Source of the DNA: Marsupella aquatica
Taxonomy: Eukaryota; Plantae; Marchantiophyta
Reading direction: 5' to 3'
Length of the DNA: 64,000 nt
NCBI GenBank assembly: GCA_973895155.1
Contig: OZ316893.1
Span: 11,351,660-11,415,659, forward strand
Both the position numbers and the translations under genes were made by a program. The notes below the pieces were generated by a model. That model ran no database searches, was not told where the DNA came from, and saw only the letters and a program-made list of their open reading frames with translations. The stretch's first letter is position 1. Every line of letters begins with the position of its first letter. Shown here in pieces: positions 26,363-37,700 of the stretch.

Positions 26363-26824
26363 TTAGAAGAGGACTTCCCTGGATCGAAGCCACGGAAAGC
26401 CAAATTCCTTAATTCCCCTACTCGCGTCTATAAAGTAGAACCCATCCTGCTCTACAGACCATTCGCAAGAGTTCACAAGAGTGCACTGTGACCCAGGTGC
26501 GAAGATATTTAGATACCGATGAACGGCTGCAGCATCAATGGTGTACATGAAGTGGCAGTATATGTCTGTAATGCGTGGGTTATCTGGAAAAATATAACTT
26601 GTCATACCGGGAGAAAGCCCCACAGACGTGCCATTCGCACTCATGTAAAACAGCCCGTAGTCTGTAACAAGAGTTCTACCAGCCGCAAGACCTTGACAAT
26701 GTGCAGTGAAGACGTCCGGAGTTGCACCAATGAGCGTAGTTGAGGCACTGGCGCATGAAGCCCAAACGCAAATGAGGAGAATAGTACCCCAAAGGGACCC
26801 ATGTGAGGCTTTTCCTCCTGTCAT
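26363..26824 (-). CDS. Small secreted S-protein homologue (SPH / Self-incomp_S1-like), single exon, ~153 aa
   Basis: Signal peptide MTGGKASHGSLWGTILLICVWASCASA. Mature region follows the SPH pattern: AHC..., D.G...., IYCHF, C....CEWSVEQDGFY, terminal FPW. TATTTAA ~140 bp upstream. Family recognised from motif spacing, not from a search. Confidence 0.75.
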   Translation of the reverse strand: MTGGKASHGSLWGTILLICVWASCASASTTLIGATPDVFTAHCQGLAAGRTLVTDYGLFYMSANGTSVGLSPGMTSYIFPDNPRITDIYCHFMYTIDAAAVHRYLNIFAPGSQCTLVNSCEWSVEQDGFYFIDASRGIKEFGFPWLRSREVLF

Positions 26825-28198
26825 GAGGAGACCTACGTACAAACACAAACAGCGCCGCAGCAATTGAAAGAGAAAGTCGAGGAAGAAAGATAATTAAAGC
26901 CCCGGATCTATGAGTGTGAGGAAATCGTTGAAGGTGGCTAACTGAAGCTTGCAAAGGGCCTTAAATAGTCTGCCAGGAAGGTTTCCATCAGGTTGCATGG
27001 TCGGTTGGATATATGATCTGCTACATACAGTCACGCCAGCTGTCCCTCTAGGAAGTCGAAAGTACTTGTCAGTTAAAGCTCCGCCACTCATCCGGGCACC
27101 AAACCTCACACCTTCAAGGTCTTCATCAGGAAATTCTTTCATCCCTTCTGGTTCATGCTGTCACACGCCAATGGTTCGTCTTAGTAAGGAAACTTAAACT
27201 GGGTCCCACCAGATTTTCTGCTCCAAATCGCTCGTTACTAGTCAGTTTACAGCCTTACCCTACTCTATCCATCCCTGCATCTATGAACCAGAATTCACTC
27301 AAGCCTTTCCTGATGGTAGCATCGATCCCCACCTTGCCCCCATTCTGATCATGCATGCAGTCACGCCAGCGCTCCTTCAAATCTAAGAAGTCTAAGTAGC
27401 TAGTCAGTTGAGAGGAGGCTGGGGTATATATCTTAAGTTAAACTGGGTCCGGCCCACCCAACCGTCTGCTCCAATCTCTTCTCACTTGTCAGTTTACGTA
27501 CAGCCCGGGTTTACAGCCCTGGCCACTGCCCTATCCTCGTCTATTTAGAAATCAAACCTAGCTAGATTCCTGCTGCGACCTGAGCAAGAGAGGCCGGCTC
27601 AACGCTGTGGGAGACCTAGCTAACTAAATGCCCCAGGCTGCAGCACAGAAGGATCGGAGTGAATAGAGGGGAGAAACATATATTGCCGAGACTGGATCGA
27701 CTGCCCAATAGGAGAGAACAGGAAGAGGAGGAGTTGTGGTACGTGGGAATTTGGCTTAGCTTCTGTACGTGATCATATCGTCAGGTCATGGTGACTAGCT
27801 TCTACTTCGTTGTTTGGAGAGTTCCAATTCAACATGCAGGGTCTGTACCATCTGCACCGAATTAAGAACAGGAGGACAGGCATATATGCACGCTCAACGT
27901 ACTTTGGGGCGATCTCTACAATTCTGCAAGGCATTCGGAGCTGTAGAATATGCGTGGACAAATTAACTTGACGTAATCAATGTCCATTATCGTTGCTCAT
28001 GCTCCTAATTAACACGGCGACTGCAGACGGATCGACTCAGCAAAGCCAATGCAAGGTCGATACTTTATCCAGACAGATAGCAGACTCTTCCATACGTCAA
28101 CCATATTAATTAAGATGGAGCAAGAACTTCAGGCTAGGATATCCCTCGTATAGAGTACATGTTACATATGGATTGTGAGGTCTTGTAATGATCCCGGT

Positions 28199-28200
<2 letters not shown>

Positions 28201-28264
<64 letters not shown>
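28201..28264. repeat. (TA)32 microsatellite
   Basis: Perfect TA run. Confidence 0.98.
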
Positions 28265-28265
<1 letters not shown>

Positions 28266-29510
28266 CTCTTTCTTACTCTCTGGCTAATGATCGATCAAAA
28301 GTCCTAGCTTTCCTCTTCACCGATAAACAGAAGGAAAACTTGGGAGAAAGCTCTCTCCCCATTGATAACGGAGCAAAATTAGTACCTGCAGTTCTTTGCG
28401 TAAACAAACAACAATGGGGCAAGCATTGGAGTGTTAAAATTCACTCAGGAAAGTGAGTGAGTTGTTTTAATTTCCAAAGAAATCAAATTGACTTCATTAA
28501 AGTATGGGAGAGAGAGAATATCTTCAGAGTCTGCTCCACGTGTATCTCTACCTCCCAAAAACTAACCCCTTACACTCATTGGGATCGGAGTAATTATATA
28601 TTGTCAACCCAAGACACTGATTTGGAATAAATAAATTAAGCCGGGACGAAAGGAGTTACTCATAAACAAGTTTAAGGACATGAGACAGTATCTCTTCGTA
28701 CTCGGAAGCACGTGCTTTGCGTGTTAAAGTCCTTTTAAAATGGAGACTTTTAAATAAAACCTCAGGGCTGCTAGCCCTAAGGCTTTCACTTCGGGGATCT
28801 CGATCTGAGGGCTTTAAAAAACTTATATATAGTCCTGCCAACATTCGTATACGTATTCCAAACTAGTATAGCATCCCTCTGCCAGGCTGTATCTAGCTAG
28901 GTAGAGGGCACCATATATCCTCCGAGATGCCCTCCTACCTTTCTGGAACCCGTTAAGAAATTGGGAGGGGGGCCGCAGATCGAAGTAGAAGAATATCCAT
29001 AGATCGGAGGAACTACTGTAGCCAACGTACAAGAAGACATTGCAGATATCCCTCTAGCTTAGTTACGAACAAGACTCCAAGAACTTCAGGTTCTCATGGC
29101 TTTGGTAGTATAAGATAGTTCATTTTGGAAGTTACCGATACATCTATGGATTCTTTGTCCGGTTGCCTGGAAGTTCTTGCACTGCACATTAAGGTCATTT
29201 GAACTTTCAGTTAGAGATTAATTTACTCCTTCGCTTTATAAATCTTATCCCGCATTCACTTTGGTTTGAACATATATTAAGGTGGCCAACCCTATATTCT
29301 ATGTCTATTAAGCTAGATAGACATAGATTGTGCGCCTGCTCGAATTTTTGCTAGTATCTATCTTCCCGTGATATCGGAAGTATCTATCAGAATTAGAATT
29401 AGAAACGGGCTCTAATTTCTGTGATAGAAACTTCCGATCTTGTAGGAAAGCGGAACAAGATCTTGCTCTAACCTGGTCAATGCATGTCCATACCAAAGCA
29501 AGTGAGACTA

Positions 29511-29892
29511 CACTGTTCACCATAATTAGTGTGAGTAACACTAATTCGAGAGCGCCCATTTTCAGGGTCTACTCGCGAATTAGTGTTAGTCACACTAATT
29601 TTGTGCTAACACTATTTTCGCGCACATGAATTAGTGTTACTATGGTCTTAAAAGTGGCAAAATACAAAGAAAAAAACTATTTTAAAAAATACACAACAAT
29701 TAGTGTTACTTTGGACTAGAGATCATCCGTTTTTTACAAACAATTTAAACTAAACTGAAAAAAATTCATTTTGAAAACCGACAAAAATTACTGTTATTTG
29801 GACTCAAAATCATTTTTACCAAAATTAGTGTTAGTAACACTAATTTTGTATTAACACTAATTCTTGCATAACACTAATTAAGGTGGACAGTG
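29511..29892. mobile_element. MITE, ~380 bp, TA-flanked (Tc1/mariner-type non-autonomous element)
   Basis: Left end TA|CACTGTTCACCATAATTAGT; right end ACTAATTAAGGTGGACAGTG|TA (imperfect inverted termini). AT-rich interior with many AATTAGTGTTA / AACACTAATT sub-terminal repeats; no ORF. Confidence 0.8.
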
Positions 29893-30009
29893 TAGTTAAA
29901 TCTGGCCGTGCTCGTTGCATGTGCACATTGTACGCTGCTAATGATTATATAAATTAAGGGCATCTCTGGGTCGAGTCTCAAATCATGTATCGCTCAAACG
30001 TTAGTACTC

Positions 30010-31220
30010 TTCTTCAAATTTGGCACAGAAAACAAGCTTGTTATCTAAATGCCGATACTGACAGTACGAACAACAGCGAGTGATATAACTACATTCCTAA
30101 CCAGTCTTCGAAATCTAAACAACCGTCAGTCACTCAATACTGAAGTTGAATTTCTTTAATACACAAGTTAGACCGGGAAAGAAAAAATAACCGGCCCTAC
30201 TATACCCATTGGCCACGCCACAGTACAATTTGTTTGTACCCTTTTCAACATCTCAATATATTTGACACATGCTAGGGATGAAAAGTACTCACCAAAGGCG
30301 TCCATTGTCCACTCCATTTAGCCCGGCCAATTTTACGACCCTAGTCTGCAGGTACTTTCACTCCCCAACAGGACTGGCCTTGCGGCTCTCTAATCTGACA
30401 TATAGAGGAATACACGCCCTCATATATTCCGCCATTAATATGCAGCTGAGAGATCGAAGACGATCGTGTGGGTTGCATGCTGGCAATAGAGCAAAACAGG
30501 TGAGATTATATATTTGTGTCGACAGTTGATCTTAGATTTTGCGTTGATCAGATAACATAGTCATGTAAAGCTTAATAGTCCGGCCCCGTGTAACATAAAA
30601 AGAAGATACTAAAACCCCGATTAATAAACCTCTACCAATCATATATAAGTTCCACCAGTCCAGTATTTCTGGGCTGCAGATTAATTCACAGGGATTATTG
30701 ATTCTGAACACCTGAATTGCACTATCATAAGTTGTCACTGTCTCAACATGCAGAACGCAAGGTTTAGTTAGCGCTAGAGCTTCGAAGCAACCATTTCTTG
30801 TGGACGAGTTGTCAAGATAACAGTATATATTTGTCATAACAAGTGATCTCACAAAAAGAATGGTCTATTACTTGAAGCAACCAGTGTCATTGTTAGAGCT
30901 GAGAGAACAAGAGAACTTTAAATCCATTTTGAATCACCTACGCACATGGTCAAGCGACTTCCAAATTCCCTTCAAACCTGTAAGATATATGTATCAAGAA
31001 AAGATATATTGCATTCATACATTGCATTTTTTATGACTGCCCTCTTCAACAAACGAATACCCATGCAAACAATCAGAAAGTAAAGTTGGATGCTTAGATA
31101 TATTGCTGCCATGCCCGAGATCAGTTATTGCAAGGTAGCCTCGGATGGCATAGTCCTCTGTAGCTTGCACCCACTTGTCATGCTGCCGCTTAGTTTAAAA
31201 ACATAGGACAGCTCCATCCC
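30010..31220 (-). pseudogene. Partial genomic duplicate of the ACX3-like gene (exons 3-5 with introns), frameshifted
   Basis: Collinear with ~19835-21060 including introns, e.g. TTGGCAC.GAAAACAAGCTTGTT, GTCCATTGTCCACTCCATTTAGCCC, GGATGGCATAGTCCTCTGTAGCTTGCA. Multiple 3-4 bp insertions and a damaged donor site. Confidence 0.92.
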
Positions 31221-32640
31221 GAGGACGGAAGAAATGTAAAGGAAATGTTAAAAATAGCTTAAAAAAAGCTCAACTCAAAACAAGGAAAAACTGATACCAA
31301 TAAAGACAAAGAGAGTTATCTATGCTTACTTTGCAATAAAGTACAAAAAACATTGCGTTAAATAAAGATAAAACGTTTCGAGTATGAGGACAAAAAGAGT
31401 TACTAAATCCCATGGGAAATTTCTTCCAAAATTCCTAGATGCATGTGCAATCAGATAAGCATGATTTGTCACAAAAAAAGAACCCTTAGTTATAAAAGAA
31501 GAACCAAATTTGACTATTCTGTTCAAAGCAAGGAAAAATTATATATAACTTAGACCATGTAATTGTAAAAACAGTGATATATATCTTAAGGTACTAATAT
31601 GTTTCAATTTTCCACTTAATTTACACATTTTTGAAATAATGACAAGTAAAAATAAACTCTTCAACTACTTTAACATTTATTAAGATAACAATATAAACCC
31701 AAGAAACTTTTGGCAACTTCTCTAATATATACCAAGGTAACTTAATAAACGCTTTGGCTACTATGGATAGAGGACTAATAAGCAAAGATAAGAAACGCCA
31801 TTAATAACTACAATGGGCTCAAGGGTCTCACATGCACTATAATTATGGAGGTTTCCTTATCACCTGCACCATTTTTAGGCCTCGGACCTCTCAAATGTAA
31901 GAAAAAATGTTTTCTAAACCCTTAAGTTAGAATATTCAGATTGCAATATTCCAAAATTTGGATTAAAATTACCCTACTATTTGTATAAATCTCAAAATTG
32001 AACTTAAAAGGGCCCTGTTGTTATTCTGATAAAATTATGAAGTTTTCCTATAGAACCAATAAAATAATCTTATGCTTCATCGCATGCGATGGGTCATTTT
32101 TGTGAAAGTGAAACCCTTGAGACTATGAATACAATAATACCAAGGGACTGTAAAGCCTTTCAACTCCTATGGACAATATAATATAATATTTTGCATGAAC
32201 TATAATTATGGAATGTTATTTTATTGATTCTAAAGGAAAATTTAATAATTTTATCAGGTGAACCTTGATCAATTCAAAACCTCTGAGTGAGCTCGCTTTA
32301 GAGGATAATGTAGAACCTTGAGCTCATTGGCACCTAGATCACACCGGGTGTGTTCATGTCCTGCCACGTAAGAGACACAATTGATTACCCAAGTCAATTC
32401 ATTGTAAATAGCTTGGTACAAGCTCCACTACGGGTATAGTTACATATGTTGCTATCGCCGGAGACAATTGTGGAATTTTGGTACATCAAACATTGACACT
32501 ATAAGGTTCACCCACTTGTGCGCACCACAGCTCTTGCTGGACCATGTCTAGAGTTCACTAGCCTTGAAGTGGTGTGTGGCAAGCCAAGTCCAGTGGAAAC
32601 TACAGTCGCACAACAGCTACAACCGCAAGAGTTTTTGAAT

Positions 32641-32790
32641 GATTATCTTGTAAACGTCCCTGATGGCCTCATCAACGTTCTTCAACGTCTCACTATTGAA
32701 GAGATAGTGCAAATAGGCTTTCTAAGCAGAACTTGGCATTTACAGATGAAGGATTGGTGTGGAGCCTCGTGAAGAGTTTGACTTCAAAGT
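32641..32790 (+). pseudogene. F-box-like coding relic
   Basis: DYLVNVPDGLINVLQRLTIEEIVQIGFLSRTWH fits the plant F-box consensus D.L..LPD.....IL..L...E......LSR.W. Stop at 32772; the ORF has no upstream ATG (track start is GTG). Confidence 0.5.
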
Positions 32791-34789
32791 AGTATCTGTC
32801 GCAATGCCTTGCAATGGTGTGCAGCGAGCCAAGTCCAATGAAAACTAAAATAGAAAAAAAAGTTTCAAATGCTTGCAGTTGTGCATAATGAAGTTATCAC
32901 AAAGCCAATGCAATTCATCAATGATATGAGATGCCGAGTTGCAAACTTGCGCGTCACTTTGAACCGGGTCAGAGGGGGCTTTCCCTTTGTATCAGACAAA
33001 TGTTTGATGACTAGTATTGCTCAGTAAAGTGTCAATTTTAAGCCAATGGGAAAATTACAATAGAGCCAGTGGGAGGGCTCCACCGATAGTAGCTCCACTG
33101 ATGGTGGCGTATTTTTCTTCAAACATGATCTTGCAGTTTAGAATTGGGTGGGGTAGGGCTATGATGTGCTGGTCCACTAGTGGAGAGCACTGTCTTTGAG
33201 GTCAATGCGTCAGGGGATTCTCGGAAAATGATGTGGAGTAGGAAATATCCTCAGATCAAGTTCCATCTACAAAAATGCCTAAATGGTTAAATAAAAAAAG
33301 AGGAAGAGTATCACTCATCCTTATTGGAAACCTTTTACTTCATTGTGGTTGGGTTAGGGGGACAGGGGACTATTTTATATTAACTTTCTTCTCTTTTCAT
33401 TAGACTTAAGCTCCTTAGGGGCTTTTTTATATTAACAGTTTCTTCTCTTTTCATTAGACTGGAGCTCCTTAGGGGCTTTACAAGCAGTCCCTATCGTACT
33501 CCAATGCAAGCAATGCCTCCATGCTGTCCCGCACTTGAGTAGGGTAGAGATTGCAGAGGTCTGTACTACTGTAGAGATGCTTGCATTGCACCCACCACTG
33601 AATGATGTGTCCCTGGACAAGGAGCCCTAGGGGTCAAATAAGTTACGCAATCATAAACTGCCAACCAATAGAGAGAATTCCTTACCAAGGCAGTACTATG
33701 TGCTAGTGATCTTAACTTGTAGCTGGATCCTTTGTCAAATTTCTCAACAAAGGCCAAACATGGCCGCCAGCTCCTGCTGCAAGGGTCCAGTTTCATTCGA
33801 TTACACTACTCCTCTGCAATCAAACCACGGTGTTTATCCATTTGTTTTCAGGTTAGTTGAACCTCTTTGTTAAGTCCTTGCCTGGTACCCTCTTCCGTGT
33901 TGGCCCAAAAGTCCCTTAGCAGATTGAGCACAACTATCTTCCAAGAACTTGTCACAGATTAGGGGGACAAAGATCGATCGTACTTTAAAATTCAAGTACT
34001 CCAGACCATCACATGGCAACAAAACTAATTGGTCAGATGCACCCCTTAACGTTCAGCTAGCAGAACTCACAAGAACGAGAAAGATATGAATCGTTTTGAA
34101 AGGTATTAATTCCTTGGGTGTGGAAACCACCCCCGAAGTTGCTACTATTTGCAACAATCAATTATGTTTACATGACATCTCTCTTTTCTAAGTCTACTCT
34201 ATATTTGAAAATCTTGAAAAAGAATTACCCTCTGGCATTTGACATGAGGTTGCACTACAACTACTACGGCTGTAAATGGCCAGGTTGAGAATCACATAAA
34301 TGTCTGACAACTATGTAGAACAAACTCCCTGGCCACGATCCGCAACTCCTCTCATAAAGATACCAATTTGGTCAGAGCCAAACTGCAGGTACCCAGTCAA
34401 AATCTCCTTCTGGTCTTCCTAACTTACGGGCCCAAGCCTGCTCCCTTGAAGGCAGAAAATACAGTAATTCTTTGTAAAGCAACACAAGTGTTGGTCACCG
34501 AACCGTTGAGCAAACCAGACAGAGGGTAATGAAAGGTTCCCCAGACAGCACAACCAACACCTGCGCTCTTGACCTGGACAATAGATGTGATCCTCTGTAC
34601 AGAAGAAAAGAGGCTTCGAGCAAACGTGCTAAGCAAAATAGTAAGAGGGCAGGACGTAGGTTCTCCAGACTGCACAACGACACCTACTCCCTCATTCCTG
34701 GACGATAGAGGTGAAATATTTGTACAGAAAGAAGAATGCTACCACCCAATTTGCTGGGCAAAGCGGTAAGAGGGAATTGGGAGTACTTA

Positions 34790-37700
34790 TTACGCCTGCA
34801 AAAGAATGGGACCGATCCATGAGCTAAACATGTCACTGAGGGCTAGTTGTACCTCGCCGGAACCATGTTCACAACTAATGAGCCCAGCAAACAAGGGGAA
34901 AAACCGCACGAGGTATCTTTCAAATGACGAGTCTTTGAGGGCACTGACGGCCTGGAGGGTCGCAACAACGAGAGGGGCACGAGCCATGAGCTCTCGTCTT
35001 CTGGCTGAACCAAGGGGAACAACCCATTTCGGGACATTAGACTTCTCGTTGAATTCACCAGGAATGTCCGATGAAAATGGTGATGTAGAAGTCATCACGT
35101 ACATTTTCAAGACATCCTCACATAGTTCCACCAGGCGCGTCTCAACCTCCACATCCCTGGCAAGACCTGGCTTGTCCACAGTGAGTTGCTGCAACATGGT
35201 TAGGTAGGCATGATATGACTCATTTTCCAGCCGTAGTAACGGAGGGTCCGGCATTTGAGTGGCCATCCTAAGGTGCTCGAGCTGCCCTCGCAATTCATGA
35301 TCCCCATTGACATCATGTGCATGTGCTGCAATTGTTTGTAACGTATCCAAAAGTAGCATAGTATGCAAAGCTGATAACTGAGGTCCGTGCAGGTTGTACA
35401 TTTCAGTGATAGCCTGCGCCATTACAGAGCATGGATGAGACAAATATTGAGTTATGCGATGCAAAGAATATTTCAGGGAATTCAATTTTATTTTAAAATG
35501 AAAAAATTTGAAATTTTAGCCAGGAAACGAATAGTATCCACATCTCTTCACGACGCCAACAGGTGGCAAATCTTTGAAACGTAGCTTCGAAAAACAAAGA
35601 CTATCAGATGTAGACGAGCAGAAGCTCAGAACCACTGATGGTGCTGCATTGAAAAGCAGACATTAGGCAGAGCCAGATACAAACCTGAATTAGGAGTAAC
35701 TGGACAGCTGTCCGACATCTCACATCAGATATCATAACTTGTAACCTGTGGGCTTGTTCCATTTCAAATTCTTCATGCGCTGCAGCGTCTTCCGGTTTTC
35801 TGTGGCCATAAGAATTGCGGTCTTCTGCCACTCTTGCAGCTTGCAGGTCCACTGCACAAGCCACGAGCTTTGCCAAGTCTGGTAATGTTTCTGTAGCAGT
35901 TTCTTGCAAAGCTTGAAGGACTTCCTGCCATTTCTCATCTGAAAAGAGATTCCCAGCGTTTGTCATAAGCCGCACAAATGCAGCAACCCCAATGGCTGCA
36001 AGGCTCTGGTGTGGTCTCTTGATGAACGTTGTTAGCAAGGACAGAACTCTGCTCAACAGCGTATTTACAACTGGGTAGAACTTCACAAATAGATCCACTA
36101 CAAGCTGCAAAGCCACTGTACAAGTTTCGTACAGCCACACATCCATTTCGAGCTCTGCCTCCTCCTTTTCTGGTGGAACTCCTTTCACATGAACTGCAGA
36201 ATCAGTGGCTCGACGAACATAATCAAAGATTGGAAAGAGGACTGAATCGAAAACTCGTTCCCACAATGCAGGCGAGAACAAGTGCCCATGGTAACGTAGA
36301 GTATCAAAAAGTACTTCAAGAGCACTTTTCCGAATATCAGGGCGCGGATCAAATGTCAACTCTGACAAACCTGAGAAAAATGGCACGACAACAAACGACA
36401 GCTTCGATTAGATGAAATGCATTCCTTGACCCGACGTATTCATGTTGACGACACATGGGTCCACCTGCTGATGAACGCCGTAACTAATTATCAGAGCCCG
36501 CCTTGGGACAGCCAAACAATCCTCCAGAAAAGAGAAAAGCTTCAGCTCACCTGCAAGAAGAGGGAACCAAAAATATACATGGTCCTCCTTGTCCGTAAAT
36601 TTAGGGCCATCTTGCTCTTCTTCCTTCTCGCTTTTGTCACTTAGAACCCCGAGCTCACCCTCAGCCAACTTCAATGCACAGAACCTGAGAAATGCAATGG
36701 CATTGAGGCTGACATCTTTGTTAAATCTGCTATTCGTGAAGGCGATCAAGCAGTTCACACAATCTGTGAAGGTGGTAGTTTCCGTCTCTGTGATGTACGG
36801 AAAGTATTCTCTCACAATCTTTTCTATAGTTTCAAAAGCCAACATCACAATTGATTTGTGGTCATCTGTGGCCGCAGTTGTGAAGACCTGCACATGCAAA
36901 CTCGTTACTGGAACGATTAGAGGTGTATTTACACGAAGCGAAGGACCCAAAAGTAACTCTTGATTGCTCCGAGCAACATTGCTCCGAGCAACATAGCTCC
37001 AATCTTGTCGATAGTATATTCCGGAGTCAAAATTCACTACATTTGCTGAGGAAATGACCACAAATCAGCACATTTGAGAGTATATGTCTTCCTAATATCA
37101 GACGTTAAAAGCGATTTCACACACCATGAACATAATCTTCCAGCCTGACTTCACTTGAGCAACCCGTGCAAAAACCATCTGAGAGACACATCGGATGATG
37201 AGCTCTCGTATCTCCACTGAGCTGCTCTTCCTCATAACAATTACAAAAGGCTTCATGAATTCGTTCTGGAAGTTATAATTTGCAAGCTCCTCGCGTTCGA
37301 GAAATTTCATAGCCAGTTGCCGAAGAGAGTCCATCGCATACATTGCAACTGATAGGTTGTCTGAGCAGCCTACAGTCACAAAAAAATCTGCCAAAACATG
37401 CCAGATGCGAGACCACACCAGCCTGATGCGAGACATGTTGAAATGCCTGCACAAACAGATCTTTGATCAAGATGGGACCACTAGATCGAGAAAACATTAA
37501 TGCAAAACCCTCATAACTGCGTTCATCACTCAAGTTGGATGCTAATATAGAGTCAAATAAACTACAGACAGCGCATATCACACAACTTACGCTATCTCCA
37601 CAATCTTTGTTAAGCTGAAGACCCGCGGTTCACTTGTGTAGCGCAACTCTTCCATGGAAACTTTGCAAAGGGCCTTCACAAAGTCAACAATAGCCTCACT

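Noticed and set aside
28175-28456. ORF with a poly-(IY) tract
   Set aside because: Translation of the (TA)n microsatellite.
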